IMG/VR virus record: IMGVR_UViG_3300013121_000005
Span: 288,001 to 352,000 of that record
From: a virus
Lineage: Duplodnaviria > Caudoviricetes
DNA: 64,000 nt
Direction: 5' to 3' (one strand)
The position numbers and the translations under genes are program-made. This document shows positions 1 to 9,184 of this stretch, piece after piece. The notes under the pieces were generated by a model. It did not search any database. It was not told the DNA's origin and saw nothing but the letters and a program-made list of their open reading frames with translations. Position 1 is the first letter of the stretch, and each line of letters starts with the position of its first letter.

Positions 1-118
1 GCTGGAGAACCCGACGTGGGGTGCTGTCCGGCCCCATGAGAAGGTCGCCGACCTTCACCTGCTCGACCGGCAGCAAGGTACCGTCGAACATGAGAATCTT
101 CTGACCCTTCCGGTGGCA
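1..118 (-). mobile_element. Intein N-terminal splicing region inserted in the Walker A motif
   Basis: CHRKGQKILMFDGTLLPVEQVKVGDLLMGPDSTPRRV starts at Cys474, right after GPQG; typical HINT block A. Confidence 0.88.
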
Positions 119-1537
119 CCCCTGAGGTCCGATGAGCAGAGCGTTGGCTTTATCAGCACTCTTGCTGGGGCTCAAAGCTAGGAAAAAGTCGTGCCACCTG
201 GCACTCTCACGTACTTGACGGATGAATTCCTTTACCTGATCAAAGCCAGAGCCCACTACATCATCAAGGTTGACGACAGGCTTGACCCCGGGGGTGATCG
301 TAAGGGCCCCAGGTGCCTCCCCCGTGAAAGGGTTACCGTTGCCAATTTTGCAGACATAGAAGCTGTTCTCGTCCTGGTAGTACGCATGCAGCTTGGCCTT
401 TCGATCAAGGATATACTTGATCAAGTTGCCAGTCTCAGACTTGGAAAGTCGTTCGACAACCTCCTTAATCGTAGCGTTGCGAAACTCTAACTCGAAGCGT
501 TCCTCCGCTGTTAGGAGCCCCTTCTTATCCTTATAGGTGACGTTTCTCGGATCAAGGTCATCCAAGAATACAAGAGCCTCATGGAATTCTCCATCCTTCA
601 TCCCCTGGAAGGTTGTTGGGAGGTCAAGGTGTGCTCGGACCTGAGTCGCTAGAGGTTTAACCAAGTCGTCAATCTGGTTCGCCAAGTCCCAGAGAAGACT
701 AAGGTTACTCTTGATGAAATCTAAGAACTCTGACGGTCTCCGAATGAAAGTACCGACCATACCGTTTTGGATTGCGTCTACTACAATGAGCGCCTTACGG
801 ATCGAGTAGGCACTCACCTCATCCGCCTTTTTGCCGTCGCGAATCTCCCCGTTGGCATCTACGTTCTCATAGATCGAAATGGCAAGGTCTGTAATTACCG
901 GGTCACGATGGACCTGGATGCCTTCCACCGTATGTCGTCGTACCAGAGTTGCGAAGTAGGACTCTAGCTTTTCGACGACAAGACGCCCCACGTCGATTGC
1001 AATACCCTTCGACCGCTCAGCCTCAAGAACCCCCTTCGTAAACCGAGTAATCGTAGGGCGATTCATGTTGAATTGAATCGCAAATGAGTTGAGCTGTTCA
1101 ATTGTCTCGGGAGCCCCACTAATTCGCCCCCCGAACAAGAGAAGCTTACCCGGACGAATCTTCTCCACCGTGTTCTTTACAGTGTGGAACCCTTTACGGA
1201 TTACTTCACACACCTCGAAGATAACCCTCATGAAGTTATGACCGTCGAGTGTGTGTCGAAGGTCTGCAAGAGGGTCATCCTTTTCCCCTTCCGTAAGAAA
1301 GGGGTTGTGCTTTCGTCTGGTCGTATTCCGAACCTCAGACAGAAGAGCGTTGTTGGCCTTTGCGAGTTGGGAAGTCTCCTGGTCTATGCTGTGACACATC
1401 GAGTCCAACAGCTTCAGGAGTTCCGTGAGGTCTTCAACATCTTTCTTCTTTAGGGACTGGATTAGGTCCACAAGGGCATAGAACCGGGTTGGGTTCAACT
1501 CTTCGATTGAAAGGTTAGGATCGATAAGGGTTTGCAT
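1..1537 (-). CDS. AAA+ / P-loop ATPase, intein-containing, truncated by the window edge
   Basis: Manual translation from ATG 1537 (MQTLIDPNLS...) is open to base 1. It contains VNLDDVVG and ALLIGPQG (start of Walker A) followed by intein block A. It is absent from the ORF track because no stop lies in the window. Confidence 0.85.
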   Translation of the reverse strand, partial: MQTLIDPNLSIEELNPTRFYALVDLIQSLKKKDVEDLTELLKLLDSMCHSIDQETSQLAKANNALLSEVRNTTRRKHNPFLTEGEKDDPLADLRHTLDGHNFMRVIFEVCEVIRKGFHTVKNTVEKIRPGKLLLFGGRISGAPETIEQLNSFAIQFNMNRPTITRFTKGVLEAERSKGIAIDVGRLVVEKLESYFATLVRRHTVEGIQVHRDPVITDLAISIYENVDANGEIRDGKKADEVSAYSIRKALIVVDAIQNGMVGTFIRRPSEFLDFIKSNLSLLWDLANQIDDLVKPLATQVRAHLDLPTTFQGMKDGEFHEALVFLDDLDPRNVTYKDKKGLLTAEERFELEFRNATIKEVVERLSKSETGNLIKYILDRKAKLHAYYQDENSFYVCKIGNGNPFTGEAPGALTITPGVKPVVNLDDVVGSGFDQVKEFIRQVRESARWHDFFLALSPSKSADKANALLIGPQGCHRKGQKILMFDGTLLPVEQVKVGDLLMGPDSTPRRVLQ

Positions 1538-1564
1538 TTGGATCTGATTTTTCCTTACGGGGGG

Positions 1565-1912
1565 TCAAGAAGCACTCGACCGGTACCGGCTAAAGTAAAG
1601 GCATGCTTTGCAAGTAACTGTTTCCGGGTCGGTTGTAATTTCATCATGGATAGGCCACTTAGAGACTGGGCCATACCTTTTCGTCATACTACACCAAGAA
1701 GGGCCCTCATCTGTGCGCCCTAGATGCAAACTGAAATGAGTAGCCCGCTCGAATCGGGACAAGGTAACGGGAGCCTCATCGTCATGTAAAAGGGAGTGCC
1801 CTATCGCAGATATCTTACACTTCGAGCACGTAGCTGACGAGCCAGTTTCCCAGACCACCTCTGGGCCATCCCAAAGATGCTCTCCTCCCTCAGGGCAACT
1901 GTTGTTTCCCAT
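1565..1912 (-). CDS. Cys/His-rich hypothetical protein (two Zn-binding-like modules)
   Basis: CSKC and VTCKAC motifs; internal SRFER. Confidence 0.65.
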   Translation of the reverse strand: MGNNSCPEGGEHLWDGPEVVWETGSSATCSKCKISAIGHSLLHDDEAPVTLSRFERATHFSLHLGRTDEGPSWCSMTKRYGPVSKWPIHDEITTDPETVTCKACLYFSRYRSSAS

Positions 1913-1914
1913 TG

Positions 1915-2268
1915 CTACTGGGGGGAAGAAATCTGTATCCTCATCTTAGGTGTACGGCACCCCTCATTCAGGGTGAACCTTGCTGCACACTCTACAGGGT
2001 GCACTTGGACCCCATTCGGGGTTGATGCCGACACCGAGCATGAAACGTAGCCATCTCCGTCTGTATCTCGATCTGCGCAGACCGCAGTAGGGGAGGGAAG
2101 CCGCATTTCCTGCGCCCAGTTGAGCGCCGCATCTTCTGCTTGGGCCTTCGAGGAGAAGCACCCTTTGATGCTCGCCAAGAAGAAAAAGGCCCCTGCAATC
2201 AGAATACCCAAGAGAAGAGGACTGGGGGAGGAGGACTGGGGCAGAGTGTAGTGTTCCAAAGGTTTCAT
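1915..2268 (-). CDS. Membrane-anchored protein with DxDGDG motif
   Basis: N-terminal hydrophobic helix, DRDTDGDGY, four Cys in the soluble part. Confidence 0.7.
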   Translation of the reverse strand: MKPLEHYTLPQSSSPSPLLLGILIAGAFFFLASIKGCFSSKAQAEDAALNWAQEMRLPSPTAVCADRDTDGDGYVSCSVSASTPNGVQVHPVECAARFTLNEGCRTPKMRIQISSPQ

Positions 2269-2307
2269 TTCTTTACATTTTCAGGTTAGTGTGGTGTAGG
2301 GTGCAGA

Positions 2308-2532
2308 ATGTGGACCAGATTCGACCTAGACCCTGATTCAGTTATACCAGGCCCAATTACCCGTCTAGTTGTTTACGATCCTGGGTGTGGAAAGAAGGGG
2401 ATTCGAGACTCAGACTACCCTTGCAGTGAGTTCAACCCAGGAACTCCAAACGGAAAGTGTTATTCAGACGGCCATTACCTCTGCCGCGAATGCCTAGAGT
2501 TAGACCCCAAGAGTAGGGACCATTCATCGTAG
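2308..2532 (+). CDS. Small Cys-rich hypothetical protein
   Basis: CYSDGHYLCREC; GGTGTA motif 9 nt upstream. Confidence 0.65.
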   Translation: MWTRFDLDPDSVIPGPITRLVVYDPGCGKKGIRDSDYPCSEFNPGTPNGKCYSDGHYLCRECLELDPKSRDHSS

Positions 2533-2727
2533 CCGTCCCTTTACTCGATGGGTCCCGGTCTCTCTTACCCGTTTTTCCCAGGTGTCCGACTGGCCCCGAT
2601 ACTCCAGCTCGATCTCTTCTTGAGTGCCATAGGTCCTGTGCAAGAAACCCGTAAGGGTATTGACCACTTCCCATCGTCCTTTCAGTGTCGGATCAGGCTT
2701 GATCTGGAAAATGCCAACAATCAACAT
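2524..2727 (-). CDS. Hypothetical protein
   Basis: ORF in the minus-strand run; start refined to ATG 2727. Confidence 0.5.
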   Translation of the reverse strand: MLIVGIFQIKPDPTLKGRWEVVNTLTGFLHRTYGTQEEIELEYRGQSDTWEKRVRETGTHRVKGRLR

Positions 2728-2741
2728 GGGGCCTAGGCTCA

Positions 2742-3143
2742 CTAAGGTAGGTTGTGCGCTGCTTTCGTCTGCTTCTGCAACTCGTAGAAGGTCCCCATGA
2801 TTACATAGCGTAGGCAGTAAGGGGGGTTCTTGAGGCGAGCCCACATATCAGTGATGCGCTGCCCTACGGTAGCAGTGATGTCTTTTGCAGGGATATGGGA
2901 TATCCCATGGGTGACTTCCCTGTCTTCTTTACGCCCAAAAATCCCTACTGACAAGCACTCCTCGGTAAACCCGATGTGGATCCCAAGAGGCCAAAGGATC
3001 TCAACGACCCCTGTTGCCCTTTGAATCATATCGATGACTACGCTCGCGATCAGAACTCTTTCTTCAGGGTTGTTGAGCACGGCGCAAACAATGTCTGACC
3101 CAATCTTCGTTCCAGGAGTAGGGAGAGAATTACTCATCTGCAT
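2742..3143 (-). CDS. Hypothetical protein
   Basis: Overlaps the stop of the upstream gene. Confidence 0.65.
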   Translation of the reverse strand: MQMSNSLPTPGTKIGSDIVCAVLNNPEERVLIASVVIDMIQRATGVVEILWPLGIHIGFTEECLSVGIFGRKEDREVTHGISHIPAKDITATVGQRITDMWARLKNPPYCLRYVIMGTFYELQKQTKAAHNLP

Positions 3144-3630
3144 CCTTCTCTTCCTGGGCCACTGCCATCATATGCTGGTCGACAAATTGAACCGCTTTTT
3201 CGTGAGCCCCCTCCCTAATGCGGAAAACAGCCGGGTACTCCGTTACCTGCTCAAGTAGCCCATCCTTGACCAACTCTTTGCAGACGCCGCGAATGGTAGA
3301 AGGTGGAAAGCCACACCTATCAGTAAAACCACTCACTGTCTTCGGGGTCGGGTCCTTGAGGAGACAATCTAGAAGACTTGCACCTACAAGGTAGTAGGTT
3401 TTGTGAGCCTTTGGGTTGTAGGTAGGTTTCGTCGGAGTAGGGGTGACGGTTGGGGAAGGGGAGGTTGGAGGTGAAGTCGTGATAGGGGAGTACGGAGACG
3501 ACCCTGAGAGGTTGACCAGTTTGTCCCCAAAGTTCCTGATTGCGTACCCAATTCTGCGAAGAAGCATGAAGGATACTACACCAGTCACCTTAGGTTTCAA
3601 GTAGAGTGAAATTTTCGCAAGAGTTGTCAT
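3130..3630 (-). CDS. Hypothetical protein with probable C-terminal winged HTH
   Basis: Pro/Thr linker then PSTIRGVCKELVKDGLLEQ. Confidence 0.6.
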   Translation of the reverse strand: MTTLAKISLYLKPKVTGVVSFMLLRRIGYAIRNFGDKLVNLSGSSPYSPITTSPPTSPSPTVTPTPTKPTYNPKAHKTYYLVGASLLDCLLKDPTPKTVSGFTDRCGFPPSTIRGVCKELVKDGLLEQVTEYPAVFRIREGAHEKAVQFVDQHMMAVAQEEKDADE

Positions 3631-3664
3631 TTTTGAAAGTCCTCATTTGGGGTATAGAGGCAAC

Positions 3665-3934
3665 ATGAGCCTCTGGGTCTGGGTCCTCTTGTGTGTCAAC
3701 CTCCTTATTCTCTTCCTTCTCCTGCATTTCAAGGGGGAGACCCTACGCCTGAAAGCGGAAGTCGAGGAGCTAACCGATAGGGTAAAGGAACTCGAAGAAG
3801 GCGAACCCTATGCAGACGAAGAGGGTGAAGACGGTGAAGACGAACACTATGCAGACGAAGAAGACGAAGGTGAAGACGAAGACGAAGCCCTCATTGAAAA
3901 GAAGCCAACAAGGTCTAGGTTTGATCGGGTCTAA
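3665..3934 (+). CDS. Membrane protein: TM, coiled coil, acidic linker, C-terminal SRFDRV
   Basis: N-terminal TM helix; D/E-rich duplicated segment. Confidence 0.75.
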   Translation: MSLWVWVLLCVNLLILFLLLHFKGETLRLKAEVEELTDRVKELEEGEPYADEEGEDGEDEHYADEEDEGEDEDEALIEKKPTRSRFDRV

Positions 3935-4433
3935 GCCGGGCAACAGACAGCATGTAGGAGGGGTCTTGCAACTCCTTCTCCACTCGATCAATTTCGGCTT
4001 GAAGCGCCGACATCTCCACCTTAATTCGCTCCAGATTGCTTAGATCCAAGAGCCTAATATGACGCAGGTGCTGCTGCCTGTGGAACTCAAGACGCCTGAA
4101 GGCTTCTTCAACGGTTTCAACTACGTTCGAGGAATAAGTCTTGAAGACTCGCCCGGTCGAACAGCTAATGTGTGCCTTGAACTTTTCGCCCTGCCATAGA
4201 AGCTTGCGGTGAATGAACGCCACAAACAACTTTTGCTGGCCACGCACACACTCCTCGAACTGGCCCGTTTGCTCGATTTCCCAAAGGGCCATATACCTTG
4301 AGCCAGCAGCAAGAACCGGATAGTACCTGTAGACTCTGCTGGCTTCTCGGGACTCCTTGCGACTTTCGCGGATCTCCCTCAGAAAGTCAGACCTATCCTC
4401 TACCGGCGCTCCCACACTTGCTCTGTTTGACAT
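3915..4433 (-). CDS. Hypothetical protein
   Basis: 172 aa ORF with class I promoter-like motif upstream. Confidence 0.65.
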   Translation of the reverse strand: MSNRASVGAPVEDRSDFLREIRESRKESREASRVYRYYPVLAAGSRYMALWEIEQTGQFEECVRGQQKLFVAFIHRKLLWQGEKFKAHISCSTGRVFKTYSSNVVETVEEAFRRLEFHRQQHLRHIRLLDLSNLERIKVEMSALQAEIDRVEKELQDPSYMLSVARLRPDQT

Positions 4434-4470
4434 CTTTTGTCGGTTAACGCAAGAGGAAGGCTCCTTTCAA

Positions 4471-5070
4471 CTAGCGGGTCTCGTTTTTTCTTCGTTCTTT
4501 CAACATGTCTAGCCAAGGATCAATCTGGGCGAACATGTCCCACCTGCAAATCTCCAGGACCAGCAGGTCTTTCCAGCAGTCTGTCCTATCCATCTCTTCC
4601 CAGACTCGCCCCCGCCTCTGCCACTCGGAGATGGAGACCCCCGGAGGCATGTCGGTTTGGTTCTGGTAGTGAAAGTCCCGGACCCGTTCATCTTTCGCGA
4701 GGAAATCAAGAACGTCTTTCATCGTCCAGTCGCAGTAGGGGATGAGGTAAATCTTCCCCTTATAGTGGCGGAACCCCACACTCACGTCGAAGTTGAACGG
4801 ACTCCGGAAGGAGGAAGCGCTGTTTTCTTGGTACCCCTTGCGGACAGAATCACGAGCAACCTCGAAACGAGCACGCCATTCATCCCCGTATCTTTCCAAG
4901 TTCTCTTGGAAAGGCTTCGAGGTAACCTCCACCTCAGGGATGAACGCTTCGTACATTTTCCTTAGGTTAGCTTGAACATTCTTGGTACCTTTCACCCGAA
5001 TGTCTCGGACAAGAGGCCACAGATCACGAGTCCTTGTGAGAACATACGCCGTCCAAATTTTGACACTCAT
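4471..5070 (-). CDS. Hypothetical protein
   Basis: 199 aa ORF, MSVKIW...DFHYQNQTD. Confidence 0.75.
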   Translation of the reverse strand: MSVKIWTAYVLTRTRDLWPLVRDIRVKGTKNVQANLRKMYEAFIPEVEVTSKPFQENLERYGDEWRARFEVARDSVRKGYQENSASSFRSPFNFDVSVGFRHYKGKIYLIPYCDWTMKDVLDFLAKDERVRDFHYQNQTDMPPGVSISEWQRRGRVWEEMDRTDCWKDLLVLEICRWDMFAQIDPWLDMLKERRKNETR

Positions 5071-5079
5071 GAATGGGGC

Positions 5080-5379
5080 CTACTTCGAGAGAAGGTCATA
5101 CCTAGATTTTGGAGGCTTTGGCTTACTTAGTTCTTCTATGCGCTTATCTACGTACTTAAGCCGAGCTATAATCTTGGAATACAGGCCACTTCTTGAGCAC
5201 TGTACCAGCCAGGCTTGGTAACGTTTGGTCCGATTGACCCTCTTAACACCTTTTAGGGGAGGGGAGGGCAAGGGGCTGAAGATTGGCCATGCCTTTCCGT
5301 AGGGGTCAAATCCAAACTTACATTCCAAGGCAATCAGAATGCTGGCCCGCTTTGTCTGCCAGTAGACTAGAGGCTTCAT
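5080..5379 (-). CDS. Hypothetical protein ending KSRYDLLSK
   Basis: ORF in operon-like run. Confidence 0.65.
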   Translation of the reverse strand: MKPLVYWQTKRASILIALECKFGFDPYGKAWPIFSPLPSPPLKGVKRVNRTKRYQAWLVQCSRSGLYSKIIARLKYVDKRIEELSKPKPPKSRYDLLSK

Positions 5380-5385
5380 GTTCTC

Positions 5386-5736
5386 TCAAAGAGAAGGACA
5401 CCGGCAAGCCACATCGAACCAACGCTCTGGGTTCTCTTGCCACTTGCTCCAGCGGAAGTCAAAGGAGCTGCGGTCCTTCTTGTGGTACGCTTTCGTGTTG
5501 ATGGCTTGGAGTCCCGACTCCATCCAAGGGAAGGGCTTGCCCTGGCAGACCTGGGCGCTCTGGTAGAGGACCCAGAGGTACCCGTACAGCGTCCGTAGTT
5601 CGAGCCGGGCACGAGCCCTCTCGATCTCCGGCCGGATGGTTTCGTAGGCTTCCGTAAGGGCCGCAGCAGCCTTGGTCCGATTGCCCTCACAGGCGTACTT
5701 CTCCGCTTGAGCACATAGTTCGTAGAGCACACGCAT
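5386..5736 (-). CDS. Hypothetical protein
   Basis: Strong SD (AGGAGG) upstream of the ATG. Confidence 0.7.
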   Translation of the reverse strand: MRVLYELCAQAEKYACEGNRTKAAAALTEAYETIRPEIERARARLELRTLYGYLWVLYQSAQVCQGKPFPWMESGLQAINTKAYHKKDRSSFDFRWSKWQENPERWFDVACRCPSL

Positions 5737-5831
5737 GATACCTCCTATGGGACGTACTTCCCGTCTCTCAGGGATAAACCCAGGGAGGGGGCGATCCGAT
5801 AAGGGGGCTAATGTCGTCCGTCATTCTCGAA

Positions 5832-6014
5832 TCACAAGTCTCTCTTGCACTTCTTGCACTTCTTGAGCTTCCCGGCGAGTCGCAGGTGGACCTTGCAGAG
5901 CCCGTCTCGGAACGCCTTGTGCTTGCAGCGACCCGGCATGTAGGGGTCCTTGTTGGCCATGATGCAGCGGGCCTTCGAGTACTTGGGTTCGAGCCACCAC
6001 CAGCGAGCCATCAC
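5832..6014 (-). CDS. Small basic Cys-rich protein
   Basis: C..C..C.H pattern plus CKKCK. Confidence 0.45.
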   Translation of the reverse strand: MMARWWWLEPKYSKARCIMANKDPYMPGRCKHKAFRDGLCKVHLRLAGKLKKCKKCKRDL

Positions 6015-6262
6015 CGGCCTTCATGCAGGTAGGATTGGCCGTCTATCACCCGACGGCCAGGGCACAAAGGGCTCGATTGCAAAGACCTTCATCTAATCTT
6101 GACGCTCAAAGTCAAGCACCCCACAAAAACTGGATTACGCTTCCTTTTGTGGGGCTTTAACCTTTGAGGTGCAACCATCAGAAAAAAGCACCCGGAGAGC
6201 TTCCTACCTAAAAACAAACGGAAACTCGGAGATGCCCTTTCAGAACAACTCTACACCAACTC

Positions 6263-6763
6263 TCAGTCATCAAGCAGGGAAAATCTACTACGAGGCGAGT
6301 TTTCCGGTAGGTTACTTTCGTAGATTGACACGGCCTCAGCTTGCCAGTGTAGAATCTCTTGATCAGAGCTTTGTTGGTCCATGTCCCCAAGCCTTCTGTC
6401 AACTGCTTTGATAGCAGCTCTAAGAGCTGCTATCCCCAGAGGAGAAGCCCCCTCATAGTATAGCTGGTCTTCTAGACAAAGGAACAAAACCCTATAGAAA
6501 ATGGCTTGATAGGTATGCTTAAAGTCGGCTGCTTGTTCAGCACGTAGGAGGTTACGGTCAACCTCTGAATCAAGCTCAGCCTCAACTTCTGGAGCAATAC
6601 CGTTACCCCAGAATTCTTCCTGGATTTCATCCTCAAAACGGGCACTCATGTCCGAAATAGAGTCTTCTACTGAGTAGTTAGCTAACTCAGAGTTAGGTTG
6701 CTTCTTTACCCATAGTTGCATCAAAGCTTGAGCCCTACTATAGGCAGGAGCTTGAAGGTTCAC
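6263..6763 (-). CDS. Hypothetical protein ending RSRFSLLDD
   Basis: 166 aa ORF. Confidence 0.7.
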   Translation of the reverse strand: MNLQAPAYSRAQALMQLWVKKQPNSELANYSVEDSISDMSARFEDEIQEEFWGNGIAPEVEAELDSEVDRNLLRAEQAADFKHTYQAIFYRVLFLCLEDQLYYEGASPLGIAALRAAIKAVDRRLGDMDQQSSDQEILHWQAEAVSIYESNLPENSPRSRFSLLDD

Positions 6764-6782
6764 GTTCTACTCCCTGAAGTAC

Positions 6783-6899
6783 GAGAATGACCGCATCAAA
6801 TTCCGAGTCTGAACTTAGTAAGTACACGATCAATGTCCGCCCAAAACGGGCCAACCCCATTCTTCTCATTGAGAATGACCGCATCAAATTCCGAGTCTG
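6783..6899. repeat. 29-bp exact direct repeat at the 3' end of the dNMP kinase gene
   Basis: GAGAATGACCGCATCAAATTCCGAGTCTG at 6783-6811 and 6871-6899. Confidence 0.95.
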
Positions 6900-7620
6900 G
6901 GATGGCTTCTTGCTCCATCTCTGATGGGTGCTTACGCCAGGTCTCCCCGCTCTCCTTGGGCTTTGGGAGCTTGATGCGGATGACGTAACCCCCGCCTCGG
7001 TGGATACCACGAATCTCGTTGAGGTATCGAACGTCCGAGATCACCACGTCAGTCTTGGCGAGCACGCCGGGGCTATCGACGTAGGAGACGTACCCGAGCC
7101 CTCGCTTCATGTCGTAGTAGCAACCGCCGCCCTTGAGCGCCTTGGCGACACGGATGGCGTAGTCGACGAGAATGTCCGGGTAGCAGTGTCTTCCGTATTC
7201 CGTCCCCAAGAGCTGGAGGGCATAGCGACACGTCAGGTAGCACGGCTCGACGTCCTCTTCGTCGGGAATATACAAATCATCTTCGACAAGGCGTTTTCTT
7301 GCCTTTTGTCCGCAGCAAGCACATGAGTAGCTTAAGGACGAAAACCCGCCAGATGGGGCATCAGTTCCCCTCATGTAGTCTAACACCCCATCCCATGTAT
7401 CCTGCTCCTTCCATGTGTGCCTTCGTGGGTAGCGCTTATCCGGCAGGTTCCGCATCTCGGACGGACCCCAGAGTTGGTCATCCGTGAAGTCGAACATGTC
7501 CTTGGCATACCGCTTGAGCGAGTCTGCGAAGGCGACACGGACGAAGTTATGCTTTGTTGTGAGCCGCTGTGCCCCAAGGTCTTTACCAGCTCCTGCAACC
7601 CCGCAAATCCCAATGATCAT
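6796..7620 (-). CDS. Deoxynucleoside monophosphate kinase (T4 gp1-like)
   Basis: MIIGICGVAGAGKD P-loop, FADSLK, RYALQLLGTE, VISDVRYLNE, HPSE. Confidence 0.9.
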   Translation of the reverse strand: MIIGICGVAGAGKDLGAQRLTTKHNFVRVAFADSLKRYAKDMFDFTDDQLWGPSEMRNLPDKRYPRRHTWKEQDTWDGVLDYMRGTDAPSGGFSSLSYSCACCGQKARKRLVEDDLYIPDEEDVEPCYLTCRYALQLLGTEYGRHCYPDILVDYAIRVAKALKGGGCYYDMKRGLGYVSYVDSPGVLAKTDVVISDVRYLNEIRGIHRGGGYVIRIKLPKPKESGETWRKHPSEMEQEAIPDSEFDAVILNEKNGVGPFWADIDRVLTKFRLGI

Positions 7621-7669
7621 GGAATGGCCCTCTTAGGTCCTACACCGATTCGACTGGTTTCCGTAGTCT

Positions 7670-8665
7670 TTACACAGCCACTTTGAATGAAAGGGCGGGC
7701 CATGGATCATAACCCTCAAGCACGAAATGCTTCATGACTTCCTCGGTTGTGACCTCGGGGGCCATGAGCTTCTCGATGTCGGAAAGGTCTTTGATCTGGT
7801 CAGAAATGATGAGCCTAGGGAGTCTACGTAGCCCTCTCGCAATCTGTTCCTTGAGACCGGGCACGTGGTCGTACTCCGCCTTGGAGCCATCCGGCTTCGC
7901 CGTGTAGATGTGGGCATCGACCAACGTGTGCCCGAAAATGCCGGGCTCGATCCCGCTGAAACGAGAGAACAGCTCCAGGAGCAAGGCGTAGCTGGCGATG
8001 TTGTATGGCACCCCGAGAGCCACGTCACACGAGCGCTGAGTGAGGTGGAGGCAGAGCCGCTGCTTCGTGACCTTCTGCTCAGTCCCAGACCCATCATGGC
8101 CAAAACCGGGACCGCCCCACGAACCAAGCTCCTCCCGCTCTTCGTTCTGCACGTTGAACATGAAGAGACAGTGGCAGGGCGGGAGCTTGCTCGTCTGAGC
8201 GTTCCCCGGCGCCCACGCTGAGACCACCATGCGGCGGGACATGGGATTCCGCTTCAATTCGTCCAAGACCCACCGGATCTGGTCGTTGAAGTTCGGCCGC
8301 AGTACGGGTTCCCCGCCTGGAAAGAAGTCTGGCACGGCGGGCTCGATTCGATGGGTCGGGAAATGCCGCCAAAACGACCCGTAAGCGGAAGGCACCTCAC
8401 CCGTCTCTGGATGCGCCCACGCATCCCAGAAATTGCAACCATGACGTTTGAGGATAGCTATATCCGTGGCTCCACTGAGGAACCACAGCATCTCGACCAC
8501 AATGTTTTTCCACGAAATGCTCTTGGTCGTGAGAAGGGGAAAGCCTTCCCGAAGATCGTGTTTGTAGTTGTAGTTGAATACCGAGAGCACATCAATCCCA
8601 GTACGATTTTCCTTCCTGGTCCCGTGTTCGAGAACGTATCTTACGAGGTTACTATACTGACGCAT
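7670..8665 (-). CDS. thyA: Thymidylate synthase
   Basis: NRTG, FPLLTTK, EMLWFLSG, SRR, LPPCH, QRSCDVALGVPYNIASY, DAHIY. Confidence 0.97.
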   Translation of the reverse strand: MRQYSNLVRYVLEHGTRKENRTGIDVLSVFNYNYKHDLREGFPLLTTKSISWKNIVVEMLWFLSGATDIAILKRHGCNFWDAWAHPETGEVPSAYGSFWRHFPTHRIEPAVPDFFPGGEPVLRPNFNDQIRWVLDELKRNPMSRRMVVSAWAPGNAQTSKLPPCHCLFMFNVQNEEREELGSWGGPGFGHDGSGTEQKVTKQRLCLHLTQRSCDVALGVPYNIASYALLLELFSRFSGIEPGIFGHTLVDAHIYTAKPDGSKAEYDHVPGLKEQIARGLRRLPRLIISDQIKDLSDIEKLMAPEVTTEEVMKHFVLEGYDPWPALSFKVAV

Positions 8666-8668
8666 CTG

Positions 8669-9184
8669 TTAGCCTTTCGCCCCGGTCAACTTCATAGCCA
8701 ATTTGATTGCTTCCTGAAGGGTATGCTTCAAAGAGGTGTTCTCAAACGCAGGAGTGTTAAAGCGCTGAGCTAGAGCATGTAGGTATTTCACATGCTCTGC
8801 CCCAGGGGGAGTGCCTAATACACACTTATCCGAAGGTACCCATAGACCAAACTCGACGTTTGTGGTAAGGGCAGGCATTGTAGCCATTACTCGGGGTACC
8901 CAGAAAATGATGGTTGTAGCTGCACTAAGCCCAGACCATTCCCAATTCGTCTGTCTTATGTAGTCTGTAGTCCAAACTCCGTTGCGAGGTTCAGGTACAA
9001 ACACAAGCCCATTAAACCCGAGTTCCCCTAAAAGCCGAAGAGCCTCGGGCCGCCAACTCGGAACCTCAGGGGAACGAGGAGTCGGACCAGCTAAGAAGAG
9101 TGAAGGGGCCAGGGTCTGACTCCTACCCGGCGTGAAAGGACCGCTGTACTGGGCATAAGGTTCTTGAGCATAGACAACAATCAT
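8669..9184 (-). CDS. Nucleoside 2-deoxyribosyltransferase-like protein
   Basis: SLFLAGPTPR..SWR, FVPEPR, FWVPR, TTNVEFG. Confidence 0.8.
   Translation of the reverse strand: MIVVYAQEPYAQYSGPFTPGRSQTLAPSLFLAGPTPRSPEVPSWRPEALRLLGELGFNGLVFVPEPRNGVWTTDYIRQTNWEWSGLSAATTIIFWVPRVMATMPALTTNVEFGLWVPSDKCVLGTPPGAEHVKYLHALAQRFNTPAFENTSLKHTLQEAIKLAMKLTGAKG

Noticed and set aside
191-1453. Plus-strand ORFs 191-490, 767-967 and 1184-1453
   Set aside because: They are antisense shadows of the minus-strand ATPase gene.
6783-6899. DGR template/variable repeat or att site
   Set aside because: The copies are identical with no A-specific changes, and no reverse transcriptase or integrase is in the window.
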